Assembly (NCBI GenBank): GCA_021613535.1
Contig: CP075492.1
Coordinates: 16,182,001-16,246,000 of the forward strand
From: Adineta vaga
Lineage: Eukaryota > Animalia > Rotifera
Reading direction: 5' to 3'
DNA length: 64,000 nucleotides
The notes under the pieces are model-generated. The model did not search any database. It was not told the DNA's origin and saw only the letters and a program-made list of their open reading frames with translations. Position numbers and translations under genes: made by a program. Below are positions 35,066 through 48,300 of this stretch, piece by piece (positions within the stretch are counted from its first letter, which is position 1; each line of letters begins with the position of its first letter).

Positions 35066-36754
35066 TTATTTTATTTGAAAGAAAATGAAAATAGTGTCAT
35101 TTGTACGTGTAATTTTATAATTCAAAAGAAAATTTTGTATTTTATTCATCATTTGATCATCAGCTATTGGAATAGTTATGGCTAATAAATGAAGATTGGA
35201 TCCTTCTTCACTGTTGATTTTTGTAAAAATAACTTGTAAAAATACTTCAATATCAATATCACTTTTTAAACCAATTTGAAGAGATTTTAATCGAGGAAAT
35301 AAATCCAAAAGAAACAGAACATCATCAAATGTATTCATTTGTTCAAGATAAACTTTTGTTATTAGATTATAAGTTGCTGTATCAGTAAATTTGTCGTATA
35401 CATCATCATCTAAATATGTAATTGTTGGTAATGTTATCGATGACATTTTTAATGAATCAAGATAAGGTAAATGAAAAAAAATTTCACCAAGAATACCAAT
35501 AAAAAATGGTTTTGTAATTTCTAAATGATAAATAGTTGCTACATTTGTAATCCATTCAATATCTTCAATAAAATATTTTAAATATTTATCATCAGGAATA
35601 CGTTGAATACTAAGTAAAGTTGATCTTTTGATATTAAACTTCTCGTTACCAGCAATGAATTCGTACCATCGTTTTCTAAATAAAAGAATAAGAAAGTTTG
35701 AGGGAAATTCTATAGAAAAATAAAACATATACTTGTATGATTTCATTTTAATAGAAATACAATGTTCGTCACGCACAATTTCTACAGATAATCGTCGATT
35801 GATCCAAAATGGAGAAATAAATTCATCAGAAATACAACCATTAAATATCGATTCTTCTTCATCCCTTAACACTGCATTGTAATTAAATTGAAATTTTTCT
35901 AATTGAGGAAAATGTTCTTCGATTAAATTTTGCCACATATTAAAATCCAAATAATCTATATCGATTTTCCATAAAATAAATTTGAAAGTTTTAAGAGTTG
36001 ATGGTAATTTACGTAAAAAAATATCCATTTCATCAAAACTTAAATCAGTAATAATTATTGATATATTCGTTAATTTTGATAATTCAGTTGATGTTATCAA
36101 TTCAACTGTTGGATCATATTCAATATCATGCGAGAATTGTAAACGATAAAGTTTAGGCATATAAGATATTATAGCTGCAAGTTCTTTAAATGTAACACTA
36201 TGATCAATATCGAGACATTCAATTGAGCTCATTTGTTGATTGTTAGTTGCATATGATAATGGAAATGAATTCTTAAATCCATTTGACATTATTGTAAGAT
36301 ATTTCAATTTTGATAAAGAAAAAATTAATAAATAAATTTGAGATAGATCTAATGATTGATCATATGAGTCAATCTTTAATGAAGTAAGATTTGGGAGATG
36401 AATACAATCTTTTAAAAGAATAGAAAGTGTTTCTGATTTAACACTGTCAAGAGAAATTGAACGAAGTTGATGGAATGATGATTTAATATCAAATAAAGGA
36501 AAAAATTTATTAATTTGTAATTCTGATGATAATTTTAATGAATATATTTGATTTGAATTGAGATATTTCATATATTGATATTTAGCCATAAATAAATCAT
36601 CAGTTTGAAAATGAAATTTAATTTTATATAAAAGTAACGACGAATTTAAAAGTCGTTGAAAACGAGAATTAAGATTTGAAAATGATTGATATAAATCACA
36701 ACCATCAAAATAATCAAATATTTCATAAAAAATTTCATTTGATAAATTCTCCAT
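35066..36754 (-). CDS. F-box/LRR-like protein (bdelloid-type expanded family), in-frame intron 35676..35732
   Basis: N-terminal LSNEIFYEIFDYF..DLYQSFSNLNSRF F-box, W...I...FPQLEKFQF and F.SPFW motifs. Confidence 0.8.
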   Translation of the reverse strand: MENLSNEIFYEIFDYFDGCDLYQSFSNLNSRFQRLLNSSLLLYKIKFHFQTDDLFMAKYQYMKYLNSNQIYSLKLSSELQINKFFPLFDIKSSFHQLRSISLDSVKSETLSILLKDCIHLPNLTSLKIDSYDQSLDLSQIYLLIFSLSKLKYLTIMSNGFKNSFPLSYATNNQQMSSIECLDIDHSVTFKELAAIISYMPKLYRLQFSHDIEYDPTVELITSTELSKLTNISIIITDLSFDEMDIFLRKLPSTLKTFKFILWKIDIDYLDFNMWQNLIEEHFPQLEKFQFNYNAVLRDEEESIFNGCISDEFISPFWINRRLSVEIVRDEHCISIKMKSYKYMFYFSIEFPSNFLILLFRKRWYEFIAGNEKFNIKRSTLLSIQRIPDDKYLKYFIEDIEWITNVATIYHLEITKPFFIGILGEIFFHLPYLDSLKMSSITLPTITYLDDDVYDKFTDTATYNLITKVYLEQMNTFDDVLFLLDLFPRLKSLQIGLKSDIDIEVFLQVIFTKINSEEGSNLHLLAITIPIADDQMMNKIQNFLLNYKITRTNDTIFIFFQIK

Positions 36755-36913
36755 ACTATACAATTCGAATATTTGGTGAAATGAACTATAGAAGAAAAGA
36801 AAATCATTTTGTCTTTGTTTAACGAAATCAAATAGATATATTTATAATCATTTCATTTTTCTTTACTTCGTATAGTGGCGCCATCAGAATAACTAACATA
36901 TGATTTGTATTAT

Positions 36914-37290
36914 CTATTTTATTTCAAGTTCATATAGTATACGATCTGTTCCAAGAGCATGTAAAGTAAAACTATATATCTTCTTTGATTTAATGTAAAA
37001 ATATGAATTAAATTTGAAGAGAAATTTTGAACTTGAATACTTTTTTTCTAATAATTCTTTTATATTTGTTGTACTATTTGAAACTAAATTTCTATTTGAT
37101 TCAAATTGTTTGGAAAGAACCTTATGAAGTCGTTTTGTATTGTCAATTTCAAGAATATCAATATCAGAAGAATTCAGTTTGAGATTGTTTTCTAATGCAT
37201 AAACCATTAAACGATTCATATGATTAACAGATAAATGTCCACTAGTAAGACAATCAATTCAATTTTCTTCGATTCCAGATTCATTTAAGT
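36914..37290 (-). pseudogene. Decayed copy of the coiled-coil gene at 4871..6010
   Basis: Reverse complement of 37200-37280 matches 4960-5030 at the DNA level, with TGA replacing a Trp codon. MNRLMVYALENNLKLNSSDI aligns with MNRMIIFASESNIELNSTDI. Confidence 0.75.
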
Positions 37291-37406
37291 TTGATAACTG
37301 CTGTTAAGTAAAAATATTCAAAACGATTTTTGAGTATTTATTAAGATAATTACACTAATAGATTAACATTAGTTAAATATGGCTTGAAAATAATTTAAAA
37401 AAAAAC

Positions 37407-37632
37407 TTATAATATCTCACAGCAAATTCTCTCTGGCTCACGTTGATTATATGGTAAAGGAATTGGTTGTAGTAGTGAAGGTTGTGATTGTGGTTCAATA
37501 ATAAACAATTTTGTTGCATTTTGAATAGGTTTAGTAATATCTTCTCGATATTCACAAACCGTTTGAAATTGATCTTCTAATGTTCTTCGTTGAGCTTTAT
37601 TCCAATTGTCACGATTCAATGCACTACTAAAA
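37407..37632 (-). pseudogene. 3' fragment of an AIG1-like GTPase ending in CaaX (CCEIL)
   Basis: SALNRDNWNKAQRRTLEDQF matches GTPase 2647..3648; REPERICCEIL matches the GTPase 3714..4547 tail; the N-terminal GTPase motifs are missing. Confidence 0.8.
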
Positions 37633-37956
37633 TTTTTGATACACATACAACTTTGTAAGTTCTATGTTTGAAAGCAATGGGAAGAATTTTCGAAACTAAA
37701 TTCGACAAAAATTATAATCAAGAAAGCATGTCGATTTCAAACAGATTTGTTCTCTTGCAAGAATAAATTGTTTCGCTTTGTCTGACTATAATTCACTGAT
37801 CGATCGAATAGAAAGGTGAAAATACAAAAGGTTGTTTCCATAAAATTTGACCAAAATGTAATCATGGTCAATCGCATAGCAAAGCGGGAGGTGGGAGGAC
37901 ACTTGCCCATGATAATTTAATTCTTTCATAAGTTTATATCTATTTTTGAGCAGTCA

Positions 37957-38757
37957 TCCTATTCCGAAAAGTTACACATTCTGGAATTGCTTGACCCACC
38001 AAAATGACTATCATCCAATTCCGGAATTCCTTGATCTGTTGACATATAGGAAGGATTTACATGAAGATGGATATGCAGTCCTAGCATTGCATCTATATAC
38101 AGTATATCTATATGATCAAGCATTGGTAGCCATGAGAAATAAAAGCGGAATTCCGGAACTCGTGCACATCTGGAATTTCAGTAATATGCAATGATCAGGA
38201 ATTTCTGTTTATTCATGACAATATCTTCATAACTATATTTGTCAATGTTTAGCTGCGGGATAGAAGTACGTAGATACTCTAAAAGATAATACTGCTTCAT
38301 AAGATAGTGTTTGCGTGACATCAGTAACCGTTTGAGGTTTCTGTGTGTTATAGATTGTTTTAAGTACGGGTGTGTGGAACGCTAGCTCGACGCAGCAGCA
38401 CAGTAGTGAGGGTGTGTGAAAGGCTCGGTCGGTGTGACAGCACAATAGTGACGGTGTCCGAAAAACGCCTAATTAAAACGACCGGCTGGAGAAATCAACA
38501 CATCCAACAAATTCAAAGAAAAGGTGCACGGTCACGAACTCGAAAGTGCGAACCGCATTTCATAAATAAATCAGGATCATCTCTTCCTGAGTTCACATAT
38601 CCAATCACTTCCGGATTAGGCAAAAATAGACAGGAAATGCAGGAATTCCTGCTAAATCCTAGCTGTTCCATATGTGCAGGAATTCCGCTGGGGAATTCAA
38701 TGATTGGCATTTTAGTGGGTAAATCAATTCCGGAATGTGTAACTTTCCGGAATAGGA
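37957..38757. mobile_element. Non-autonomous DNA transposon with ~70-bp imperfect TIRs
   Basis: TCCTATTCCGAAAAGTTACACATTCTGGAATTG...CCCACCAAAATG is mirrored at 38700-38757; internal GGAATTCC-rich repeats. Confidence 0.75.
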
Positions 38758-38969
38758 AGTATTCTTGAACAACAAGAATACAACTCAATCATACGTAAAA
38801 AAACTTACCTCTTTTTCTTCTTATTTTTCAAACTTGTGTGATGAAGGAAAAAGAAAACAAATATTGACCCACTGTGATTAAACGTCATTGTAAGAAAAGT
38901 GAAATAAAATGAAATACATTTGATTCTAGCTAAACGTTTCAAAAGATTTCTTTTTTCATAAGAAATACA

Positions 38970-39460
38970 ATGATAACACTTGAAAATGTACCTAATGAAT
39001 TAATTACTCATATATTTGACTATCTTCGTTCAATTGATTTATTTCAAATATTCTATGGTTTAAATATTCGTATTAATGAAATTATATATCTTTATTCACT
39101 ATCCGTTGATTCAAAATTGCCTTTGAAAAGTTCATTTTTTCAATTATAAAGTTCGTCTATTCGTCGAGTGAATTTAATAAAAATCATCCACTCATCTATA
39201 TTCGATCAGACATCATTAACTAATTCACTAATCGACTGACAATGTCAAGTTCTTTCGATCAATATTAGAAAAAAGATTGATATTATTTATCTTATTAATA
39301 AGATGATAAATTTCAGAATATTAATTTGCTTACGAGAGCATTTCATCAAACCAACATTAGTAGATGAAGATACTTTTTATCAATGGTTCAAAGATTATTT
39401 CCCATCATCGATCTCAATCAACATCAATTCATCGTATATTTATTTATGGAAATAAACTAA
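38970..39460 (+). pseudogene. F-box gene remnant
   Basis: MITLENVPNELITHIFDYLRSIDLFQIFYGLNIRIN, followed by in-frame stops. Confidence 0.6.
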
Positions 39461-42400
39461 CTTTAAGAAAAGTCAAACAAAGAAATCTTTCAAATATCTA
39501 ATTTACTCACTATCCATCGCCCAATCAGAGTGTTTTACTCCTCGATATGAACTACTTGTAAATTTTCGTCTTTTTTGATGAAGAACGGTTAAGATGTTAC
39601 ATCTTCTCCAAGACCAACAAAAAATGCTGTAGATTTGCATCGCAAATGAATTAGGCGGATTCAACATTTTTACTACAAAGAAATTACACTGAAAAGCTTT
39701 ATATAAAAAAAACAATTATTTATCTTAAAAAGACTGGTTTTCATATCTGTCTAATTTAAACATAATTATAATGAAAAGATCACAAATTGAATGAATATAA
39801 AAACAAATCCAAAGCAAACTAACGTCAGATTTGAATTGCTCCACTTGAAAATCTCGCTACTACTACTTATGTCTCGCTTAGAATACAAGGAGTTTTTCAA
39901 GAATAAACGTGTGCTAGAATCTGATTGGCTTGAACAAATATTAAGGAATTTTATCGAACGTACAACCTTCAGTTTCGGAAACCAAAGTAAATTGAAATCA
40001 TTGCGATCTATCTCGAACTATCATTTCTAAAGTTAGAATTGATCGAGAGGCGAATCCATTTGAAGAATTTCAATATGTTACTTTGTTAAAGTATTGATAT
40101 AGACGACAAAGGTAACTCTTTCATGTATGTTTTTTTTTCATTCACGTAGATTCATTTGATGTTAGAGTATTCTCAACGTTGAATAAGAAAAGAGAAGGAA
40201 ATGGAAATTTTAGAAGTATAATAGTAATATTAAAAGAAGAAGAAGAAGAAGAAGAGTAAATATATTTTACAAAAGGTAAGAGATGATTAGTTGCTTGAAA
40301 AAGTATATTGAAACAAATAGGAAAAAAACAGGATGGACGATCTAAAAGAATCGACTGTTGTCTCTCATTTTTTCATATTGTTCATTTTCTGAATTCTACT
40401 TTGTGAGAAAAATGAACGATGAAGTATCTATGAATTACTTACATCTTGAGGGTGGACACACAACATACTTCACTCTTTCAATTCTATTATGGTTATTTTT
40501 AAAAGAAAATGAATCTTTTCATTATTTTATCTAAACTGTTATCTTCCTTCCATTTTTATCAAATTTTATTAGTCAAAATACAAAAGGAATTTAAAATTAG
40601 AAGAGTAAATGTAGAAAAGGTAAAACATATCGAGAATTGATTAGTACATAGTATCATAGATATAATAATGTGATGTCACCACCGATACTATAGTTTGAAT
40701 AATTAAGGATATTTTTTTCATACTTGCACTACTTTCATCATTATTAGAATTCATTCAACACGTTTATTTCCTACAGTTAAAGATTTGTCTGTCAACATCT
40801 CATTGTATTTGATTTGTAAATAAAATTATAGTAATTTTTCTTTAATTTAAATTTAGATTAAAGAAGAATTTTCATCAATAAAATCCATGTCTGATTCGGA
40901 TCTTTCAATCAAATCTGAAACAAATCTATTCAAAAAAACAAACAAGATTCGTCATATTCTATCAATTCTTTTTACTATATTTCTAATCATTTTAAGTATT
41001 TTTCCATTTTATCAAAGAGATTTTCTTCGAAAGAAAACATATTCACTCAAACGATATCGCATTGCACATTGCATGACAGGTATTCCGCGAACACTTTATA
41101 AAGAAGAAGTTTATGTTGCATATCGTCGTCAAGCATTAAACAATCTTCCCGGTGATCTTTTTCTCATTCTTCAATTAAAAGATAAAGCGGAAAAAGTTCA
41201 TGGAGTCGAAATCACTGTAAATCATCGTGATTCATACGAAAGTGCGATAAAATATCTTTCACCTAAAAGACTTCAATGGATTCCGATCAGTGATAATATA
41301 GGAGTAAAAGATGATATTACTGGTTATGCTAAATGGAAACGCTGTTTAGATCATATTGAACAAGCTGAAAAAGAAAATGGATTTCAATATGATTTTATTG
41401 TTCGTACTCGTCCTGATATATTTATTGCGAAAGATTTACCAACAGAAGATCTTTTACCACATGATCGAGTATTAATCAATCCATATTATGAATGTTTATT
41501 AGATGATATTCCACCGGGTTATACAAAAAAATGGTCTGATCATCAGTCACCATGTGATAATAAAAACTATGGTTTATCTGATTTTTTTACAATTTTACCA
41601 AGAAAATTTGCAAATATATTTTTGAATATATCTTATATACCTAATTTACCTCGTCATATTTGTGGATCACGTTCTAGTCATCCTGAATGTGGTGTTCGAG
41701 CGATTCTTTTCAAATATAATATAACTTTTGAACTTTGGCCATTTGTTGTGAAAATTATGAGACCAACACAGTTTTGTCATAATCGAGTGTGGAATCATTT
41801 TAATAGTTGGTGTTAAATATAGTTTTCTTCAAAAAAAATAATCTTTTGTCTAAACATACCCCTAACGTCATTCATTGCTCATATAGAATGCAAGAAGTTT
41901 TTGTGATGATAAAAGTTTGCTGCACTCCGATTGCCTTGAACAAACAAACGAAAGATAAACTTTAATAAAACCTATCGAGTCTATATTTGAAAATTCGATG
42001 TTTCGTGAATGAAGATACGATTCAATTATACTATCAAGCAAAAGATGACTAAGAAAACAATTGAATTATCTCAAAAATGAAATAGATGAAAAACGAGTTT
42101 TTTTTCTTCTTGTTTCCATTCAGTTATTTAATTGATGTGAGAGTATTCTTAACATTGAAGAAGAAAAAGAAAAAGATGAAAACTTATTAGCAATATTAGA
42201 GAAAGAATAATAAATATATTTGAGAAAAGCATGCTTCAAGAAGGTAAGAAATTATTAGTCGACTTTCCTTTCACTCAAACAAATTTGTTCACTTTCTTAA
42301 ATGTATTTCCATAATAGCAATGAACGATAAAATATCTATGAATTATTTATATAGACGTTGTCGGCACAGCATGCTTCATTCTTCATTGAAAGCCAAAATC

Positions 42401-42604
42401 ATCGAGAAATATTCTGCATCTTTACTATTCTCTTTGTTTCATTCTTTTTCCAAGTGAATCAGAAATTCAAGACTGAAAGGGAAAAAAAACAATAAGTGAA
42501 ACATATAGAGGATAATTTAGTACTCTTAAATACTTCAACACTCTTTTTCAGATCATTTCTCAAGAAAAAAAAATCCATGTCGAATTCAAATTCTTCAATA
42601 AAAT
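39358..42604 (+). repeat. Segmental duplication, copy 1
   Basis: Nearly identical to 60753..64000 (offset about 21,395), including intergenic DNA. Confidence 0.95.
40887..41816 (+). CDS. Type II membrane putative glycosyltransferase-like protein
   Basis: N-terminal TM anchor; RIAHCMTGIPR and YDFIVRTRPD motifs; intronless. Confidence 0.6.
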   Translation: MSDSDLSIKSETNLFKKTNKIRHILSILFTIFLIILSIFPFYQRDFLRKKTYSLKRYRIAHCMTGIPRTLYKEEVYVAYRRQALNNLPGDLFLILQLKDKAEKVHGVEITVNHRDSYESAIKYLSPKRLQWIPISDNIGVKDDITGYAKWKRCLDHIEQAEKENGFQYDFIVRTRPDIFIAKDLPTEDLLPHDRVLINPYYECLLDDIPPGYTKKWSDHQSPCDNKNYGLSDFFTILPRKFANIFLNISYIPNLPRHICGSRSSHPECGVRAILFKYNITFELWPFVVKIMRPTQFCHNRVWNHFNSWC

Positions 42605-43505
42605 ATCAAATAAATTTATTGGAAAAACACAAGATTCGTTTTTTTGTACACATTCTTCTTCTTTTATTTATAATCTTAATTATTAGTTTTTCATATTATC
42701 AAAGAGATTTTTTTCGAAAGAAAACATATTCACTCAAACGATATCGGATTGCACATTGTATGACAGGTATTCCGCGAACACTTTATAAAGAAGAAGTTTA
42801 TGTTGCATATCGTCGTCAAGCATTGAACAATCTTCCCGGTGATCTTTTTCTCATTCTTCAGTTAACAGATAAAATGGAAGATGTTCATGGAACAACTGTT
42901 AATACAAGTCAACCTGAACGATATGAAAAAGCAATCAAGTATCTTTCACCAAGGAAATTAGAATGGATTGCAATCAACGATCATTTAGGAGCTACTGAAG
43001 ACATCAGTGGCAATGCCAAATGGAAACGTTGTTTAGATCATATTGAACAAGCTGAAAAAGAAAATGGATTTCAATATGATTTTATTGTTCGTACTCGTCC
43101 TGATATATTTATTGCGAAAGATTTACCAACAGAAGATCTTTTACCACATGATCGAGTATTGATCAATCCATATTATCAATGTTTATCATAGATGATATTC
43201 CACCGGGTTATACAAAAATATGGAAAGATATTGAACCTCCTTGTAAGAAAAAGGATTATGGTTTACCAGATTTATTCGCAATATTACCACGAAAATTAGC
43301 AGATCCTTATTTACGCGTTGCATTCACACCAAATTTACCTCGTCATGTTTGTGGAACAGGCTATTCACATCAAGAATGTCCTATTAGAGCTGTTCTTTAT
43401 AAATATAATATAACTTTTGAAATTTGGCCATTTGTCGTGAAAATCATGAGACCAACACAGTTTTGTCATAGAAATGCTTGGAATCATTTTAATAGTTGGT
43501 GTTAA
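42577..43505 (+). pseudogene. Paralog of 40887..41816 with a 2-nt insertion frameshift near 43188
   Basis: TGTTTATCATAGATGAT here versus TGTTTATTAGATGAT in the intact paralog; both halves align with it. Confidence 0.75.
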
Positions 43506-43762
43506 TTTCATTGGATTTGACTTTTAACTTTATTTTTTGTCAATGCAATAGTGAGAATCTAGCGCTAAACTTGAAACACGCAGAAAGTAAATGAAACCTA
43601 CAAAATGATTATGAATAATGATTTATTATAAAATTTGAAATATAGATTCGTTTATTATGTTTAAAAATGGTTCTTTTTTTTGTTTTTAGAGAATATCACT
43701 TCACACGTGTTAATATTGAATATGTCACTAAAAAACGATGATCAGTTCTTAAATATTCCTGC

Positions 43763-44333
43763 TTATTCGACACGTTTGAACCAACGATGAGCTTGTACCG
43801 AACCACATTTCAGATCCTGTAAAGAGAAAGTCTTATCTTGAGGGTAACAAGAAATTGAATTTTACTTACAATTTGTTGTTGACCTTGGTCATTTACATAG
43901 CGAACTGCTACACATTCTTTTCCATCTTTATCTCGCATTGTATGTTCCAATGCGTTGCCTTTAACTCGAGCAATTGTCTGAAAACATTTAATAAAACACA
44001 TGTATGGAGAATAAATGATAAATGTATAGACAAACTTTAACTTCACGTCCATCACTTGTTGTTTCATCAAATTCAACACCAAGTGTAAATTCGACCGTTT
44101 TCGTTTTCAATGAGCTTTCAGATCGAATTGTCCATTTACCACCATTTTCGCTAATAACAAGACGAGGCTTCAAATTTTTAACTACCATACGTTTAGCCAT
44201 TCCAACGCCAAGTTCTTTCAGAAGTTCATCCATATTTTCATCGTTGATCTAAATAAAAACTAAAAATCAACCGAAACTAAATAACTCAAATTTATTTTAC
44301 TTGATCCCATGTTCCTTTAAGTGCTTCGACCAT
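43763..44333 (-). CDS. Fatty-acid-binding protein (FABP), 4 exons
   Basis: Spliced product MVEALKGTWDQ-INDENMDELLKELGVG...FTLGVEFDETTSDGREVK-TIARV...-DLKCGSVQAHRWFKRVE*. Confidence 0.92.
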
Positions 44334-44679
44334 ATTGTATATAGTTGTTGTTTTGCTTGCGAGAAGATTTAAAAGATCGAGTTTGTGCTACAATGCATAA
44401 AAACTAGCTAAATCACAAGTGTTTATATACAAGCTGATCATTACTAATAAAACCGCCAACGCCGCGATCAAAAGTACGAACAGAGTACGTTCTTATTACA
44501 ATCTGTCAGCAGGAAAAGAAAAAATGCATGTTGAATTAAAGTACGTTTGACGTCAAAGAGCACAAGAACACGTTAAAAATAGAAAAACAAATAATGATTG
44601 TTCTTTTTGTCACCTAAGATTTTGATTATTCGAGTTTGTTGAAGGTAAGTGTGGGTGAGTCTCACCCACACCGTCAAGA

Positions 44680-45356
44680 TGAACTCGTTCAGTTCTTTCT
44701 TGTAGTAATCATATTTCCAGACTATTTGTTGGAAAACTGACATGTGATACCATTAGAAGCTCCAATAACCCATTTTTAAATTCGATTGTTATTGTAAGCA
44801 ACGATATATAATGAGTTATTTACATTCATTGTTAAACCATAAGGAGTATGTAACTGATTTGAAGCTATTCCTTGTGCACCGTTTCTTAAACCTGCTATAG
44901 TAAAACCTGTAGAATTCCATCGAAGCGAGATGCTATTGACTATGATATAAAAATAATAATTTTAGTGTTAGATAGTAATTAATCATAATAATAATGAAGA
45001 TATTCTACTATCTAAATGCGTAGTTCTGTATTCAGTACTTTTTAGAACATACCTGAAGTATTTATAGGAGGTGGTAATTGTGGATAGAAGAAAAATGTTG
45101 AAGTTTCATTTTCTACCAATGTATATGAAGTGGAATAGTTTTGAAAGAATTTACATTTTCTTCCATTAGCATAACAATTCAACACTACAAATGACTGATC
45201 AAATAATAATAGTGCATTGCACAAACAAGACTTGCATGTCGTACCATTAAAGATAATTGAAGACGTATTTTGTGAAACATAAGTACAATTTTCTATGCGT
45301 CCAACTTGGATTGAAGTAACTAGAGGAACAATTAAAATGATCCAGAACAGAATCAT
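44680..45356 (-). pseudogene. Secreted Apple/PAN-like + NHL-repeat gene, truncated
   Basis: Signal peptide and Cys-rich TCKSCLC..LNC..C domain; the next exon LRWNSTGFTIAG...NQLHTPYGL..LYI..NNNRI* carries stops. Confidence 0.65.
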
Positions 45357-48300
45357 TGCAATAAAGAAACTGAAAGAAATGATAGTAGAACAACATTGTT
45401 AACAGAAAAATTAACACTCATTGCGTGCATTTCTAATACTTTATATATTCAATGGAAATGAACGACATAAGGATCGCTAATAGAATATTATTGACTATTA
45501 GGAAAAAGAAAAGTAAGATAAAACATTTTCTGTTCATGGAAGATAAGGTGTAGAAGACAGTCTAGTGTTCATTCAAACTTATAGATTTTAATATTTTTCA
45601 CAACTGACAAAGACAAATGATAACAAAAAGCTAAAAATTTGTTCGGAAGTAATGATAGTCGCTATATTAAATGTTAGCATTTTTTGCCAACACAACATCC
45701 GTCGTAATGATTCTACAGAATAACGTCGACCAAATTCAGGTTAACGCTATTAAGAATGTACGATTATTATTTTACCAATTGTCACTACAAAAAAAAGAAA
45801 ATGATATGTAAAGATTGAGTAATAGAGAAACAAATATTATCGATAATTATTGACATAATTTTGTTCTTTTTAACTAAATTGGAAAATTGATATTTAACAT
45901 GAAAACATCATATTTTCTTTTTATGTTGTTTTATCGGTTAGAAAAGTGTGTGAAAACTTTCTTAGATTAAATCTGTTTCTACAAAAGAAAATCGATTTTA
46001 ATCATAGTTTTCATAATTTTTTACATAGACTGTGAATCTAGTTTAGAATCAAGATTTTTTGATGATTAAAATGAACAATGAAATTCATGTGATAGACAAG
46101 TATCGTTAGATTTCAAAGAAACTTTTATGAAAAAATTTGATTAACTAAAAAATTCTACTTATTTTTATAGAAATGAATTCGATATTTATCATATTTATTT
46201 TTCACTTTAGGAGTAGATCCATCTCGAGCAAATGATACTAAAAGAATTAGCGGTAAATCCGAGTACCGAAACAATATGTATGGATGCTGTTACACTCAAA
46301 TAATCAACCTTTTATTCACCGTATGATCGTCTTTCCTTGAAAGGCATGATTCATTTGTTAATGCAAGAAGAATGATAGATTATTTTTAAATGGTTTTACA
46401 AACAACTTGCTCTTAGTAATAGTAAACTTCTGATTATTCGTAGTGCACACAGACACGAAATTTCTCTATTTGATCAACGCAGAAAAAGTTTGTTTCCAAA
46501 AACAAAATTATTCGAAACATTGTTGGATGAATTAAAACAAGCAGGTTCCGCACGAATTGAAGAGGTAACATATACACATGAATATCTACAAAATAGTTTT
46601 ACGGTTGAAGATTGGATTGACTTAAGTGTATTCAAAAGTATTTGTTGAATTTGTTCCATTCTCATTAACTTTATTTATTCTTAATGTTGTTTTTATTTGT
46701 TCAAGTATGTTTTTATCATTAATAATAACTTTTCTCTTGCACGTGAAAAAGTTAATGAAGATCCAGAAATATTTTCATTCATGATCAAAACATTTCTACG
46801 ATAAGAATTAGTTATTCAGATTAATCGCGTAAGGGATTCATTTTCTCCACATTGTTCTCTAAAATTCTTTATTTAGATTTATTTCAATCAATAAACAACA
46901 ATATAATGAGAAAAACATCATCATCTTCTGATGTAAATCAAAACTCTTATTGTATTCATACATACATCAATAGAAAAAGAAAAGAATAATATAATCTGTT
47001 ATAGTTTGTCAATGAATTATATTAACACACATTTGTATCCATAAAAAACGACACTTTGTCATCTCCACCACAAATAAAAACCTGTTATCTACTATGTTTG
47101 TCATGGATAGATTAGGAATTTTTTTCTGATATAATTAAACATTTCAATCTTCGATTTACTCCAAAAAATACATATTGGCAATAATTGATATCGATTTTGA
47201 TTCTTTTCCGATAATAGAAGTCGAATTGCTATGGTTCTAAACATCGTGGAGCTATACCAAGGTTAAAATGCTGTAAATATTAACATAAATCTAGAAATCC
47301 TGGAAGTTTTTGTAATAAATAACAATGATTTATGATAATATTTTTGATTTTATTATGTATTGATACGAACTGAAATGAAAGACAATGTAATGAATTTGAT
47401 GTTTGAATCAGTGATTCTAATGTATAAATACCAAGCATTAAACATAACAATATAATAATCCAATTCACATCCTATTTAACATAAATAATCAGTTTAGTCA
47501 ATTACCTTAAAGGAAGAATAAGCATCATCAGATGGTTCAATCGAACAAGTGAACTGCAATCACAAGGTAAGACGCGTTCGAATCTAACCAGAGGAAATTC
47601 AAAAAAAAAGATAATGATATTAAGTGATAGATATGATAAATAGTATACTATCATGATGGTGAATTATTTTTCTTTGAAATCGTTAATAATTGCGGTTTTG
47701 TATTCTGCGATTTCGAGTGATGCGAAGAAACCTAATCAAAAGTCTCAGTTTTATGGTGTGATTAAACCGCTAGGATAAACGTTGTCCATGTGCCGTGATT
47801 TACCGCGGTTTTTATCGAAAAATTTTCCCGTGAGTATTTTGACGAAGTGTATTTAATGCAAGACATTTAATAAGTCTATCGACGAAATTAACTTTTCAAT
47901 TAGAATATATGTAATTATATCGTTGGAAACAAGTGTAACTCATGTCGATATATTTTGTTCTTTATATATGAACTAACGTTCATCTATGTGAATATGAATG
48001 ACATCAAAAGAAAGAAAAAGTACGTTTCTCTTTTCTTGTAATGATAAATGTGATATTAATTATGTGTGCTTTCGTATTGAATTCAGAGTTGAGAGCAATC
48101 ACAAAAGAAAATGATTTACTAAATATTTCATAATATGCTTTGCTTTTGTCTCTGTTCAGAAATTTATGGTAAAAAGGACATATTAACTGCGGAAAAGTTT
48201 TAAAAATAATATTCAAAAGCTCAGTATCTATGATAAGTACAATAGTCAGTGAAGGATTATGTTCAAAAGAAGCATTTCTTCAAAGGTTTCAATTATCTCA

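Noticed and set aside
39503-40030. Short ORFs conserved between 39.5-40.0 kb and 60.9-61.4 kb
   Set aside because: Conservation is explained by the recent duplication, not by coding constraint.
46050-46810. Exon-like plus-strand fragments (KTKLFETLLDELKQAGSARIEE; FTVEDWIDL)
   Set aside because: Probably a decayed gene, but it has stops and no recognisable family.
46990-47468. Minus-strand signal-peptide/Cys-rich stretch
   Set aside because: Multiple in-frame stops and no recognisable domain.
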